From assembly GCA_046757025.1 (NCBI GenBank), contig JBHHXN010000112.1:1-17665 (forward strand): 17,665 nucleotides of DNA, in the 5' to 3' direction. The position numbers were made by a program, and so were the translations under genes. Below, in pieces: positions 6,671-16,328 of the stretch (position 1 is the first letter of the stretch; each line of letters opens with the position of its first letter). The DNA comes from a bacterium (GTDB taxonomy: Bacteria > Zhuqueibacterota > Zhuqueibacteria > Oceanimicrobiales > Oceanimicrobiaceae). The notes below the pieces were generated by a model that saw only the letters and a program-made list of their open reading frames with translations, did no database searches and was not told where the DNA came from.

Positions 6671-8449
6671 CTATGATTTTACTTTGAGCAAAGTGAAGCT
6701 AAATTTAGCGCCTTTCCCGATTTCGCTTTCCACCAACACCCGGCCGCCAAATCGCTGCACAATGTGTTTGACAATGGATAGACCCAGGCCAGTACCACCC
6801 AGAGCCCGGGAACGGCCTTTGTCAACCCGGTAAAAGCGTTCAAAAATACGAGACTGCTCTTCCACCAAAATGCCCGCACCGTAATCGATGACGTCCACCT
6901 TGACTTCATCAGGAAGCTCTGATACGGTGACGGTGATTTTGCCTCCAGATGCCCCGTAATGAAAAGCGTTATCAAGGAGATTGCCGAGAACGGTTTCCAC
7001 GTCAGCAGCGACGGCGCTTACTTGTGGGAGATTGGCTGGGATTTCGAGAACAAGTTTAACATTCAGATCTGCCGCCGTTTTATCGTAGTTCCTGGCAACG
7101 GATGAAATGATCTCTGCCAGATCCACTGCCGACAAACCAGCGCTCATTAGCTCAGATTCAGATTTAGAAAGCAACAACAGGTCGCGTACCAACTTTGACA
7201 TACGATTCGTACTACGGAGAATTTTTTCAAGAAAATTTTGGCTTTGATTTTTGGTGATATCGGGCGAATCCAGGAGTGTTTCGGCGAAGCCTTTGATGGT
7301 GGTCAGGGGGGTTTGCAGCTCATGGGAAACATTGGCCACAAAATCCCGTCTGACTTCCTCAAGATGCTGCAAACGGGTGATATCGTGAAATACCAGCACT
7401 ACGCCATCCGGTTTGTCAGCAGTGTGCATGACCGAAATATGCACATTTATTTTTTTTTGATAAAAATCCAGCAGTTCGATTTCATCTCCTGATTCTGGCA
7501 GGGAGTTCAGCGCGACCTGTATGGCGTCTAACAGCGGTTGGTTTCGTATAAATCCATGAATTGGTTTATCGACCAGTGACTGCGAGATTTGAAAAAGACT
7601 ATAAAATGCCTGGTTGGCTAAAAGAATTTTACCCGACAAATCGAGCACCAGCACCCCCTCTACCATGCTGTCCAAAATGGTTTTCAACCAGTTACGCTGA
7701 TTGGTGATTTGTGCGAGATTTGTTTGTAAATCATCTGCCATCTGGTTGAGTGTGAAGCCTAAATCCGACAACTCGTCCTGGCCGTGAGTGACAATTTTTT
7801 TAGAAAAATCACCCCGGGCAAATCGTTGTGCAGCCCGGGCCATTTCCTGTAAGCGCCACATGGTGGTCCGGGAAATCACAAAACCGAAAATGAGTACCAT
7901 TGTAAACGCAATGGTTGCAGCCAGCCAGAGAATTTGATGTATTTCCTCGAGGGATTCTTGTATTTCTGAAACCGGCACCGCCACTCGAATAATTCCCTGA
8001 GAGTCCTCGTCGATATTAAACGGAACGGCTAAATAAACCAAATCGATATGGATGGTGGTGCTGGAACGCACACTTTTACCGAAGCCCTCCTTTTGGGCCT
8101 GCAAAACTTCCGGCCGCCCACCATGATTTTCAATTTCGTCCAGGATTTCAAAGGCGACTTCAGAATCCCCCAAAACCACACCGTTAAAACTGATGAGCGT
8201 TACCCGCATGCCCAGAACCTGGCCAATTTGGTCCGCCATTTGATCGACTTGCTTCACGGTTAACCGGGTAAAATCCGTAGCTTCGACAAATTTTTTAACC
8301 AGTAGTAATTCACGCTGCCAGCGATTTTCAAAGCGCTGTTGAAAATAGGTTTCCAACCGCGCGCTCAAAAACCGCATGACAAAAATCAACACACCACCCA
8401 CCAGCAGCAGATACACCATGAGCCATTTCCAGCGTAGGCTGAGTCTCAT
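6671..8449 (-). CDS. phoR: PhoR-type sensor histidine kinase (2 TM, extracytoplasmic sensor, HAMP, PAS, HisKA, HATPase)
   Basis: H-box FVANVSHELQTPLTTIKGFAETL, N-box NLLDNA, G1 DYGAGI, F/G2 RIFERFYRVDKGRSRALGGTGLGLSIVKH. Sensor motif ENHxxRPEV. ATGA overlap with the upstream regulator. Confidence 0.85.
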   Translation of the reverse strand: MRLSLRWKWLMVYLLLVGGVLIFVMRFLSARLETYFQQRFENRWQRELLLVKKFVEATDFTRLTVKQVDQMADQIGQVLGMRVTLISFNGVVLGDSEVAFEILDEIENHGGRPEVLQAQKEGFGKSVRSSTTIHIDLVYLAVPFNIDEDSQGIIRVAVPVSEIQESLEEIHQILWLAATIAFTMVLIFGFVISRTTMWRLQEMARAAQRFARGDFSKKIVTHGQDELSDLGFTLNQMADDLQTNLAQITNQRNWLKTILDSMVEGVLVLDLSGKILLANQAFYSLFQISQSLVDKPIHGFIRNQPLLDAIQVALNSLPESGDEIELLDFYQKKINVHISVMHTADKPDGVVLVFHDITRLQHLEEVRRDFVANVSHELQTPLTTIKGFAETLLDSPDITKNQSQNFLEKILRSTNRMSKLVRDLLLLSKSESELMSAGLSAVDLAEIISSVARNYDKTAADLNVKLVLEIPANLPQVSAVAADVETVLGNLLDNAFHYGASGGKITVTVSELPDEVKVDVIDYGAGILVEEQSRIFERFYRVDKGRSRALGGTGLGLSIVKHIVQRFGGRVLVESEIGKGAKFSFTLLKVKS

Positions 8450-9138
8450 TTTTCGATTTCCTTGAATCGATAGCCGACCCCTCTGATGGTTTCAATGGCG
8501 GCGCCTAACTTGCTCAACTTTGTGCGCAATCGCTTTATATGCGTATCCACCGTGCGTGTGAATCCCACATAATCGTATCCCCACACCGTTTCCAGCAGCA
8601 TTTCCCTGGATTGTACCCGACCTTTTCTTTCTACCAAAGTCTGAAGCAATTTAAACTCAGTAGCCGTCAATTCAACCGGGACATCGTGAACCATAACTTG
8701 ATGTTTGGGCCGGTCGATGGTCAATCCGCCAAAGTGCAGGATTTCCTTTTCTTCTTCCGATGTTTGTAATCGCTTCAAAATGGCTTTGGCGCGTAAAATC
8801 AATTCCCGCGGACTAAAAGGCTTGGTCACGTAATCATCCGCACCCAGCTCAAAGCCCACGATGCGGTCGATCTCCTCCGCCTTCGCCGTGAGCATGATGA
8901 TGGGAATGTTGCGGGTGGCATTTTGTTGTTTTAAGATTTTGCACACTTCTGTTCCCGATTTTTCTGGGAGCATGAGATCTAAAATGATTAAATCCGGCAG
9001 GGATGCATCGACTTTATCGAGTGCTTCATCTCCCGACCGTGCATGCATTGTGTCAAATCCATCCTGTTGAAAATGAAAGCTCACCAGCTCCAGAATGTCT
9101 TCTTCGTCCTCCACGATCAATATTTTTTTCTTTGCCAT
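8446..9138 (-). CDS. phoB: OmpR/PhoB-family response regulator (PhoB/PhoP-like)
   Basis: Receiver motifs ILIVEDE, LIILDLMLP, IIMLTAK, GADDYVTKPF. Winged helix RTVDTHIKRLRTKL...IETIRGVGYRF. Coupled to the PhoR-like kinase. Confidence 0.85.
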   Translation of the reverse strand: MAKKKILIVEDEEDILELVSFHFQQDGFDTMHARSGDEALDKVDASLPDLIILDLMLPEKSGTEVCKILKQQNATRNIPIIMLTAKAEEIDRIVGFELGADDYVTKPFSPRELILRAKAILKRLQTSEEEKEILHFGGLTIDRPKHQVMVHDVPVELTATEFKLLQTLVERKGRVQSREMLLETVWGYDYVGFTRTVDTHIKRLRTKLSKLGAAIETIRGVGYRFKEIEK

Positions 9139-9346
9139 AGAGAAAGTGATGTTTGATGAGATTTGTTAATTTGAATTTTAAATATAAGAGTTAGGAATAG
9201 TAAATTCAATCATAATATCGACAACTCGTCACAATGACCGTTCATAATTTCACACGGTTGCTTCAGATTGGCAGGTGAAATTTTCAGTGTGTGACAGACA
9301 TTCAAACCAACCATAACTATATTAAACAAAATGGCTTATTTTTGTT

Positions 9347-9363
9347 TTGGCACACCCTTTGCA
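9347..9363 (+). promoter_or_regulatory. Sigma54 (RpoN) -24/-12 promoter upstream of hsp20
   Basis: TTGGCACACCCTTTGCA matches TGGCAC-N5-TTGCW with exact GG-N10-GC spacing, 54 nt before the ATG. Confidence 0.75.
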
Positions 9364-9417
9364 AAAATCAAGCTCGAAAATTGAGTAGAGTGAACCAAAA
9401 TAAATGGAGGTTTTATC

Positions 9418-9840
9418 ATGTTAGTAAAATGGCATCCTGTGAACAGTCTGTTTAGAAGTGACCGTTTTATTGATCATTTCTTCAGTGACCATTTCCTGCC
9501 GACCGCAGCGGTGTTTGAGCCTAAAATTGAAGTCAAAGAAAATAAAAAGGATTTCACCATTCAGGCTGAACTGCCCGGGCTCAATAAAGACGATTTCAAA
9601 CTCACCATCGAAGGCGATGTGATGACGCTCGAGGGTGAAAAGAAATACGAGCACGAACAAAAAGGCGATCATTTCTATCGCTCCGAAAGAAGCTACGGCG
9701 CATTCAAACGTGCCTTTCGCTTGACCGACGCCATCGACAAAAAGAAAATCAGCGCGGATTATAAAAACGGCATTCTCACCATCACCCTGCCAAAAAGCAA
9801 AACAGCCGTGCCGAAACAGATTGAAATCAAGGTGAATTAA
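9418..9840 (+). CDS. Hsp20/alpha-crystallin small heat shock protein
   Basis: GGAGG SD. Motifs AELPGL, RSERSYGAFKRAFRL and ADYKNGILTITLPK. Confidence 0.95.
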   Translation: MLVKWHPVNSLFRSDRFIDHFFSDHFLPTAAVFEPKIEVKENKKDFTIQAELPGLNKDDFKLTIEGDVMTLEGEKKYEHEQKGDHFYRSERSYGAFKRAFRLTDAIDKKKISADYKNGILTITLPKSKTAVPKQIEIKVN

Positions 9841-9864
9841 GTCAATCGATAATTATGGACACTC

Positions 9865-9894
9865 AAAGCCGGGACACAAGTCTCGGCTTTTTTT
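9865..9894 (+). terminator. Intrinsic terminator after hsp20
   Basis: Stem aaagccgggac / gtctcggcttt (one G-T), 4-nt loop, followed by a T run. Confidence 0.85.
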
Positions 9895-9996
9895 ATTGTG
9901 TGAAAATCTAAAAATAACATTAGACCCACTTTTTTTTTAAGGTTCAATTCAATATATTGAGAAGGTTTAAACATACAAATAATAACGGAAACGACC

Positions 9997-10995
9997 ATGA
10001 CCAAAATAAACTGGGGCATCATCGGATGCGGTCAGGTCACAGAAGTCAAAAGCGGGCCTGCCTTGCAAAAAACCGCCGACTCCAGTCTGGTGGCGGTAAT
10101 GCGCCGTGACGGTGACAAAGCCCGAGATTACGCCCAGAGGCATGGCGTGCCCCGTTGGTATGACAACGCTGAAGAGCTCATCCATGATACAGAGGTCAAC
10201 GCCGTTTATGTGGCGACACCGCCTGCAAGCCACGCGGAGTATGCCATCAAATCCCTTGGTGCAGGCAAACCAGTTTACGTGGAGAAACCCATGGCCCGCA
10301 ATTATGATGAATGCACCCAGATGCTCCAGGCCAGCAGGGAAGCCGCCATTCCGATTTTTGTGGCGTACTACCGCCGCTGTTTGCCGACCTTCTTAAAAGT
10401 GAAAGAGTGCTTAGATTCTGGCGTTATCGGTGAGGCGCGCCTAGTGAATGTGCGGCTTCATTATCCACCCCGGCCTGAGGATTTCGATTCTGAAAACCGG
10501 CCCTGGCGCGTACAGCCAGAACTTGCCGGCGGCGGCTACTTTGTGGACCTGGGCTCCCACCAATTCGATATTTTAGATTATCTGTTTGGACCGATTGTTT
10601 CAGCCGAAGGTCTGGCCGTAAACCAGGCCGGTCTCTATCCGGCTGAAGACGCCGTGAGTGCTAATTTTATTTTCGAATCCGGCGTACTGGGCTCGGGAAG
10701 CTGGTGTTTCACGGCTTCTGAATTCAGTCAACAAGACCGACTTGAAATCGTGGGTAATAAAGGCCAGATTGTGTGCTCAACCTTCGCTAAAAATCCCATT
10801 GTTCTCACCACGGCTGCAGGTACGAAAGAATTTCAGATGCCGACGCCGCAGCATATTCAACAACCCTTGATTCAAACGGTGGTGGACGAACTGTTGGGAA
10901 AGGGAAACTGTCCCAGCAAGGGTGTCACGGCTGCACGAACGAATCGAGTGCTGGATGAAATTCTCAAAGATTGGCGAAGCCAATATTTAAAATAA
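9997..10995 (+). CDS. Gfo/Idh/MocA family NAD(P)-dependent oxidoreductase
   Basis: WGIIGCG Rossmann motif, AVYVATPPASH, VYVEKPMA, GGYFVDLGSHQFD. Confidence 0.93.
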   Translation: MTKINWGIIGCGQVTEVKSGPALQKTADSSLVAVMRRDGDKARDYAQRHGVPRWYDNAEELIHDTEVNAVYVATPPASHAEYAIKSLGAGKPVYVEKPMARNYDECTQMLQASREAAIPIFVAYYRRCLPTFLKVKECLDSGVIGEARLVNVRLHYPPRPEDFDSENRPWRVQPELAGGGYFVDLGSHQFDILDYLFGPIVSAEGLAVNQAGLYPAEDAVSANFIFESGVLGSGSWCFTASEFSQQDRLEIVGNKGQIVCSTFAKNPIVLTTAAGTKEFQMPTPQHIQQPLIQTVVDELLGKGNCPSKGVTAARTNRVLDEILKDWRSQYLK

Positions 10996-11021
10996 TCCTT
11001 TGCCTTTATTAATATCCGGGC

Positions 11022-11050
11022 TTGATTTCATCAATTTAAACATTTACTTT
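11022..11050 (+). promoter_or_regulatory. Putative sigma70-type promoter
   Basis: TTGATT-N17-TACTTT upstream of the CDS starting at 11115. Confidence 0.4.
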
Positions 11051-11114
11051 CCGTTTATAATTTTGATTTGTTAATATAATTCATGTTTATCCATCGCAGC
11101 AACCTGCACGCAAA

Positions 11115-11582
11115 ATGAACAAAAATATTCCGGCATTTTTGAGCAGTCTGACCGCACTGGGTGTTTTGATCCTGAGTTTTTCATTGGATGGAAACATTTC
11201 CATTTCAGATAACCTGTCCAAAATCGGTGGATTGACGCTGGTCTATTCCGGCATGACCCTGGTTATCTGGGCGGCAATTTATTTGAGACGGGGCACTTAT
11301 GGCCTGGTGCAGCCGGGATTGGAAAGTTTAGTTCAAAAAGGACCGTACCGCTACGCCCGCCATCCCTTTTATTTTGGCATGAGTCTGGCGCTTGCCGGCG
11401 TGGCGATTTCGGTTAAAAGCGGCTTGGCCCTGCTTTACTGGCTGCTGGTTTACCTGCCCAGCATTTACTTCCGGGCCAAGGCCGAAGAACACATTTTAGC
11501 AGAAAAGTTTACCGAAGATTGGACTGCTTATGAAAATCGCACCGGTTTTTTCATTCCCCGTTTCAGGCAAAAGGAAAAATAA
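11115..11582 (+). CDS. Isoprenylcysteine carboxylmethyltransferase / PEMT-family membrane protein
   Basis: Multiple TM segments. LVQKGPYRYARHPFYFG and RAKAEEHILAEKF...Y..RT..FIP match the family signature. Confidence 0.88.
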   Translation: MNKNIPAFLSSLTALGVLILSFSLDGNISISDNLSKIGGLTLVYSGMTLVIWAAIYLRRGTYGLVQPGLESLVQKGPYRYARHPFYFGMSLALAGVAISVKSGLALLYWLLVYLPSIYFRAKAEEHILAEKFTEDWTAYENRTGFFIPRFRQKEK

Positions 11583-11744
11583 ATGACAGAGGCGAATATT
11601 TCCGAAATCCCGAGACTGAAGTTGCGGTACTTTCATTTTAATGACTTGGAAAATCTGCACACGTTTTTCGCGTATCCACAAGTGATGTACTTTTCCACGA
11701 GGCCGTACGCCAATACCAAAACTCGGCAATCTATCAGTTGGTGA
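11583..11744 (+). pseudogene. Truncated RimJ/RimL-type GNAT acetyltransferase fragment (53 aa)
   Basis: ATG directly follows the upstream TAA. Translates to MTEANISEIPRLKLRYFHFNDLENLHTFFAYPQVMYFSTRPYANTKTRQSISW*, resembling the RLxLR...DL..L....P.VM.Y N-terminus of this family. No continuation recognised. Not in the ORF track. Confidence 0.6.
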
Positions 11745-11771
11745 CTTTCCAAACAGGAAAGTATTTTTTTT
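11744..11771 (+). terminator. Putative intrinsic terminator
   Basis: actttcc-aaaca-ggaaagt 7-bp stem followed by A and eight T. Confidence 0.5.
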
Positions 11772-11863
11772 GTCATACTGAGGGAGCCCGCCCGAATCGG
11801 GATGACGAACTCTCTCCCGATTTACGGAGCGACATGGAAATTTATCGCCTCGCTTAGAATAAG
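11771..11863. repeat. Degenerate REP-like palindromic element (GTCATNCTGAG...TCGCTCAGAATGAC type)
   Basis: Starts tgtcatactgagggagc, contains the hairpin aatcggga...tcccgatt, and ends with decayed tcgcctcgcttagaataag. Confidence 0.45.
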
Positions 11864-12053
11864 AGGTTCCGCTAATCGGACAATCCCGGAGCGGTGATCG
11901 GCACAAATGTTTTTTCAACCGGATAGCATGGTTCATTGAATATAGCAGCATAGCCACAAAGTATCGAGTCCGCTTTTGATTTTTTGCATCAAACCGTAGC
12001 ATGATGAAAACAGAATGACCCATTTCGCCCATACGAATAATTGAAGGAATAAC

Positions 12054-13148
12054 ATGAAAGATGAACAGACTTCTGAAAAAGAAGAACCCAAATTAGGCAA
12101 AACCCTCGTCGACGATTTCAAACGCAAGGATTTCTTCCGCACGCTCAAAAGGGAGCTCAAGGAGCTCAAAGAATTTTTTCTAACTGAAGCCCGCAAAAAA
12201 CAACTGCAAAGAATGGGGCGATTCAGGCAGGCTTTGTACATTTTTATCTGGTTATTCAAAAAGTTATTTTTGAGTCTCTCCCCCACCCGTCGGATTTTAT
12301 TCTTCATCAGTTTGGTTCTCATTTTCAGCTATGACCAGAACAATGCCAGCGATCAAAATAGGTTGTTTGCCAGCTTTCTTATTTTGATGTTCATTCTCTT
12401 GCTGGAGCTCAAGGATAAATTCCTGGCGAGAAACGAGCTGCAAGCGGGCCGAACGGTGCAGCGGGCGCTCATGCCCGAACCTAGCCCTGATGTACCGGGC
12501 TGGTCACTCTGGTTATTTACCAAACCTGCCAATGAGGTGGGCGGCGATTTAGTGGATTTTCTACCACTGGGAAAAGAAAGATTCGGGCTGACTTTGGGTG
12601 ACATCGCAGGCAAAGGTCTGGGAGCCGCACTGCTCATGGTAAAACTGCAGGCAACCTTGCGCGCCCTGGCTCCCGACTGCAATTCGCTGAGCGAACTCGG
12701 CAGCAAATTGAATGAGATATTTTACCGGGACAGCATTCCAAATCGATTTGCTTCGCTCATCTATTTGGAACTGCCGGTACGGAAGAATGAGATTCGGATT
12801 TTGAACGCCGGTCATTTACCGCCACTCATCTTGAAAAAACTGCAAATTGAAGAATTAGCAAAGGGGGATGCGGCCATAGGCCTGGCGCTAAAAGTTAAAT
12901 ACCATGAACATGAAATTCAAATTCAAAAAGGCGATTCGCTGTTAATTTATTCAGACGGAGTCATCGAAGCACAAAATGAACAAGGCGAGTTTTTTGGAGA
13001 ACAGAGACTCATGGATTCGCTACCTGCCTGGGTTGACTTATCCCCGGCAGAAATCGGCAAACGATTGTTAGACAGCATCGATCATTTTGTAGGTCCGGCG
13101 CCCTCGACGGATGATCTGTCTTTGATTATTGTAAAAAAAATATCTTGA
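12054..13148 (+). CDS. Membrane-anchored PP2C/SpoIIE (RsbU-like) serine phosphatase
   Basis: Motifs PANEVGGDLVD, GDIAGKGLGAALLM, NAGHLPP, YSDGVIEA, DDLSLI. Hydrophobic N-terminal helices. AAGGA SD. Confidence 0.92.
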   Translation: MKDEQTSEKEEPKLGKTLVDDFKRKDFFRTLKRELKELKEFFLTEARKKQLQRMGRFRQALYIFIWLFKKLFLSLSPTRRILFFISLVLIFSYDQNNASDQNRLFASFLILMFILLLELKDKFLARNELQAGRTVQRALMPEPSPDVPGWSLWLFTKPANEVGGDLVDFLPLGKERFGLTLGDIAGKGLGAALLMVKLQATLRALAPDCNSLSELGSKLNEIFYRDSIPNRFASLIYLELPVRKNEIRILNAGHLPPLILKKLQIEELAKGDAAIGLALKVKYHEHEIQIQKGDSLLIYSDGVIEAQNEQGEFFGEQRLMDSLPAWVDLSPAEIGKRLLDSIDHFVGPAPSTDDLSLIIVKKIS

Positions 13149-13220
13149 GTTAATTTCATTTTTAAAATAAAATTTCGTAAGAAAATTAACAGAGGTTCAA
13201 ACTCCCAAAATGGAGGTTGC

Positions 13221-15980
13221 ATGGCTTCCCTCAATCATACAACTTCAAAGATAGCAAATAAATTAATTCAGGACTGGCTACATGATTCCGCAAAAATCCT
13301 GTTGTTCACGTTTTGCTTATTATTTATCACCTTTATACAAAATGTTTTCAGCCAGAATAAGTCCATGCAATTCGCTCCCAACCGTCTAGACCATCACCTC
13401 AATTTTTACAATAACACGCAATACGTACCAGCCCATCGCATCGATTATCCCATTCAATTGGACGGTCAATTGAAAGAAGCCGTCTGGCAGCAAACCGGCG
13501 TGACCGGCTTCACTCAGCAAGACCCAAATGAAGGTCAGCCCGCCACGGAAAAAACCATCGTGTGGGTGGCCTACGATGACGATGCGGTTTATGTGGGCGC
13601 CCGCTTGTTCGACAGCGCGCCCGATTCCATCGTCGCTCGCCTCGGCCGCCGAGACCAGGATCTTCCAACGGATTTCTTCGCCATCGGCATCGATTCCTAT
13701 CATGACCGGCAGACCGGCTTCTATTTTTACGTCTCCCCGGCAGGGGCGTTTGGAGAAGGTACCATCTTTAACGACACCGCCTTTGACGGCACCTGGGATG
13801 GCATTTGGGATTACGGCGTCCATCGGGACTCCCTGGGCTGGTGCGTTGAAATGGCCATTCCCTATTCGCAGTTGCGCTTTACCAAAAGACAGGAATATGT
13901 CTGGGGCTTCAACGCGGCCCGGCATATTCAACGCAAAAATGAAACGGCCTTTTTAGTGCAAGCGCCCAAAGGCAGCAATCGCCACGTGTCCATGTACCCG
14001 CCGCTGGTCGGCATCAAACACATCCAGCTCCCCCGACGCCTTGAGCTCATGCCCTACATAGTCAGCAGCGGTCATTTTACACGCTTCGGCTCGGACGATC
14101 CCTTTAACCGAAAACGCCGATTTCATAAAAACGCCGGCGCCAATGTCAAAATCGGACTGGGTCCCAATTTCACCCTCGACGGCACTTTCAATCCCGATTT
14201 CGGACAAGTGGAGCTCGATCCGGCCGTGGTCAACCTCACCGCATTTGAAACTTTCTTCGAAGAAAAGCGACCATTCTTCATAGAAGGAGCGGACATTTTT
14301 TCTTTTGGCAGCCGGGGCCCGTCCAGCAACTGGGGATTCAACAGCGCCACCCCCTCGTTCTTTTACAGCCGTCGAATCGGTCGCGAGCCCCAGGGGGAAC
14401 CGGAACACGGCGGCGAAGAAGACATTCCAGCCAACACCACCATTTTGGGCGCAGTAAAAATATCCGGCAAAACACACAACAACTGGGAGATGGCCATGCT
14501 GCAGGCTGTGACCGCGCGCGAATACGGACGGGTCGATTCGGCCGGTGTGCGCTTCACCGAGGAAGTCGATCCGCTGACCTCTTACTCGGTTGTGCGCACA
14601 TTTAAAAATTTCAAGGACAATCGGTTTGGGCTGGGATTTTTGGGTACGTCCGTTGTTAGACAACTTCGCACCGAAAATCTGCGCAAATCGCTGCGTAAAA
14701 ACGCTCTGGCCGCGGCGGTGGACGGTTATGCTTTTTTAGGAAAAAACAAATCCTGGGCTGTGAACGGTTGGCTGGGTCTCACTCGGGTTACCGGCAAGAA
14801 AGAGGTGATCGCGGATTTGCAGGAATCACCGCAGCACTATTTTCAGCGCCCGGATTTTGAGCACACTTCGCTGGATACCACCCGCACCTCGCTGAACGGT
14901 TGGGCCGGTCGGGTGGCGTTGAATAAAGAAAAAGGTAACTATTATTTAAATACGGCCATCGCGGTGAATTCGCCGGGATTTGAGACTAACGATTTTGGCT
15001 TCCACTGGCGCGGCAATCTTATCAACCAGCATCTGGTATTGGGCTACAAATGGTTTCAGCCAACCAGATTTTTTCGCAGCGCCAATTTGTTCGTCACCAC
15101 TTTTCGCAATTTCGATTTCGACGGTCGCAAAATCTCCGAAGGCTACTGGCTGTTTTTTCACGGGCAGTTTTTGAACTATTATAATTTCCGCACCAACCTA
15201 TCCTACCGGCCAACTACCCAGGATATTACTCTCACCCGTGGAGGTCCGCGCATGCAGCGCCCGGGCGGCTATTTTTTCTCATGGGGTCTCGAAAGCGATA
15301 ACCGCAAACCCTTTGTGGTGGATGTGAGCGGCGATTACGGCTCCGATAGTGAAGGTGGCTGGAATTACGAAATCGAGCTGGATTTAGAGTGGAAACCCAG
15401 CTCCAGGATGGAATTGGAATTTTCACCAAACTTCAGCCGCAACCATTCTTTGGCCCAGTGGGTTGAAAATCAGGAAGACGCTACGGCCGTGCACACCTAT
15501 GGCAACCGCCATATTTTTGCTGTTTTAGATGAAAAGCAGCTTGCCACTTCGTTGCGCTTGAATTACACCTTTACGCCCCGTCTGAGCTTCCAGCTTTTTT
15601 TTCAGCCGCTCATCGCCACGGGTAATTACACGGATCTGAAAGAGCTTGCTCGGCCGGGAAGCTTTGATTTCAATCGCTATGGCGAAAACGGTACCACCAT
15701 AACTCCCGCCGGCGAAAAGTATGAGATTGATCCCGACGGCAGCGGCCAGCACAATTTTAAGATCGACAATCCCAATTTCAATTTCCGCTCCCTGCGCGGC
15801 ACCGCGGTGCTGCGCTGGGAATTTGCGCCCGGCTCGACGCTGTTTTTCGTCTGGACGCACGACCGCGATGACGACGAAGTACGCGGCGACTTTGATTTCA
15901 AGAGAAACCTCCGCCGGCTGGTGGAAGCCGACTCCGACAATATCCTTCTGTTGAAACTCAGTTACTGGTGGAATCCGTAA
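13221..15980 (+). CDS. CBM9-like N-terminal domain + DUF5916 outer-membrane protein
   Basis: IQLDGQLKEAVW...FTQQDP (CBM9-like). NPDFGQVELD and ETFFEEKRPFFIEG, FFYSRRIGR (DUF5916). Beta-barrel-type C-terminus LLKLSYWWNP. GGAGG SD and hydrophobic signal segment. Confidence 0.88.
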   Translation: MASLNHTTSKIANKLIQDWLHDSAKILLFTFCLLFITFIQNVFSQNKSMQFAPNRLDHHLNFYNNTQYVPAHRIDYPIQLDGQLKEAVWQQTGVTGFTQQDPNEGQPATEKTIVWVAYDDDAVYVGARLFDSAPDSIVARLGRRDQDLPTDFFAIGIDSYHDRQTGFYFYVSPAGAFGEGTIFNDTAFDGTWDGIWDYGVHRDSLGWCVEMAIPYSQLRFTKRQEYVWGFNAARHIQRKNETAFLVQAPKGSNRHVSMYPPLVGIKHIQLPRRLELMPYIVSSGHFTRFGSDDPFNRKRRFHKNAGANVKIGLGPNFTLDGTFNPDFGQVELDPAVVNLTAFETFFEEKRPFFIEGADIFSFGSRGPSSNWGFNSATPSFFYSRRIGREPQGEPEHGGEEDIPANTTILGAVKISGKTHNNWEMAMLQAVTAREYGRVDSAGVRFTEEVDPLTSYSVVRTFKNFKDNRFGLGFLGTSVVRQLRTENLRKSLRKNALAAAVDGYAFLGKNKSWAVNGWLGLTRVTGKKEVIADLQESPQHYFQRPDFEHTSLDTTRTSLNGWAGRVALNKEKGNYYLNTAIAVNSPGFETNDFGFHWRGNLINQHLVLGYKWFQPTRFFRSANLFVTTFRNFDFDGRKISEGYWLFFHGQFLNYYNFRTNLSYRPTTQDITLTRGGPRMQRPGGYFFSWGLESDNRKPFVVDVSGDYGSDSEGGWNYEIELDLEWKPSSRMELEFSPNFSRNHSLAQWVENQEDATAVHTYGNRHIFAVLDEKQLATSLRLNYTFTPRLSFQLFFQPLIATGNYTDLKELARPGSFDFNRYGENGTTITPAGEKYEIDPDGSGQHNFKIDNPNFNFRSLRGTAVLRWEFAPGSTLFFVWTHDRDDDEVRGDFDFKRNLRRLVEADSDNILLLKLSYWWNP

Positions 15981-16220
15981 CAAATGAACGGCCGGGTATT
16001 TTTTAAGTTTATAGGACGATTTGCCTGTAAAAACACCCGATTTACGACGATCCCAGTAAAATCACCAGACATGCACAGAAAGTGAGATTATTCCAGCTAC
16101 AGCGCAGCGTTCGGCGCGCTTCGGTGGTTGGTGCTTTCATTTACAGCAAGTAACGCTGTCCGACTGCCACGTGCGTAAAACGAGTTGAACTGGACATTAA
16201 TGATAATGCATAAAAATTAG

Positions 16221-16249
16221 TTGACTTTTTATTTGATAAATGACATCTT
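16221..16249 (+). promoter_or_regulatory. Putative sigma70-type promoter
   Basis: TTGACT-N17-CATCTT about 80 nt upstream of the ATG at 16329. Confidence 0.4.
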
Positions 16250-16328
16250 TAGATTCGTAACCCACCAATAAAAATCAAAATGTAAATCACCATCTGCAGA
16301 TCTGGAGAAAACCCATCGGAGGGAAAAA

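Noticed and set aside
9200..9300. GTCAC/TTCAT words as a possible pho box
   Set aside because: They are not spaced at the 11-bp period on either strand; only one CTGTCAC half-site is present.
11496..12322. Minus-strand ORFs of 178 aa and 129 aa
   Set aside because: They overlap better-supported plus-strand genes and a palindromic repeat, and have no protein-like motifs.
16042..16140. 32-aa minus-strand ORF MKAPTTEARRTLRCSWNNLTFCACLVILLGSS
   Set aside because: No clear SD and too short to support; at most a signal-peptide-like remnant.
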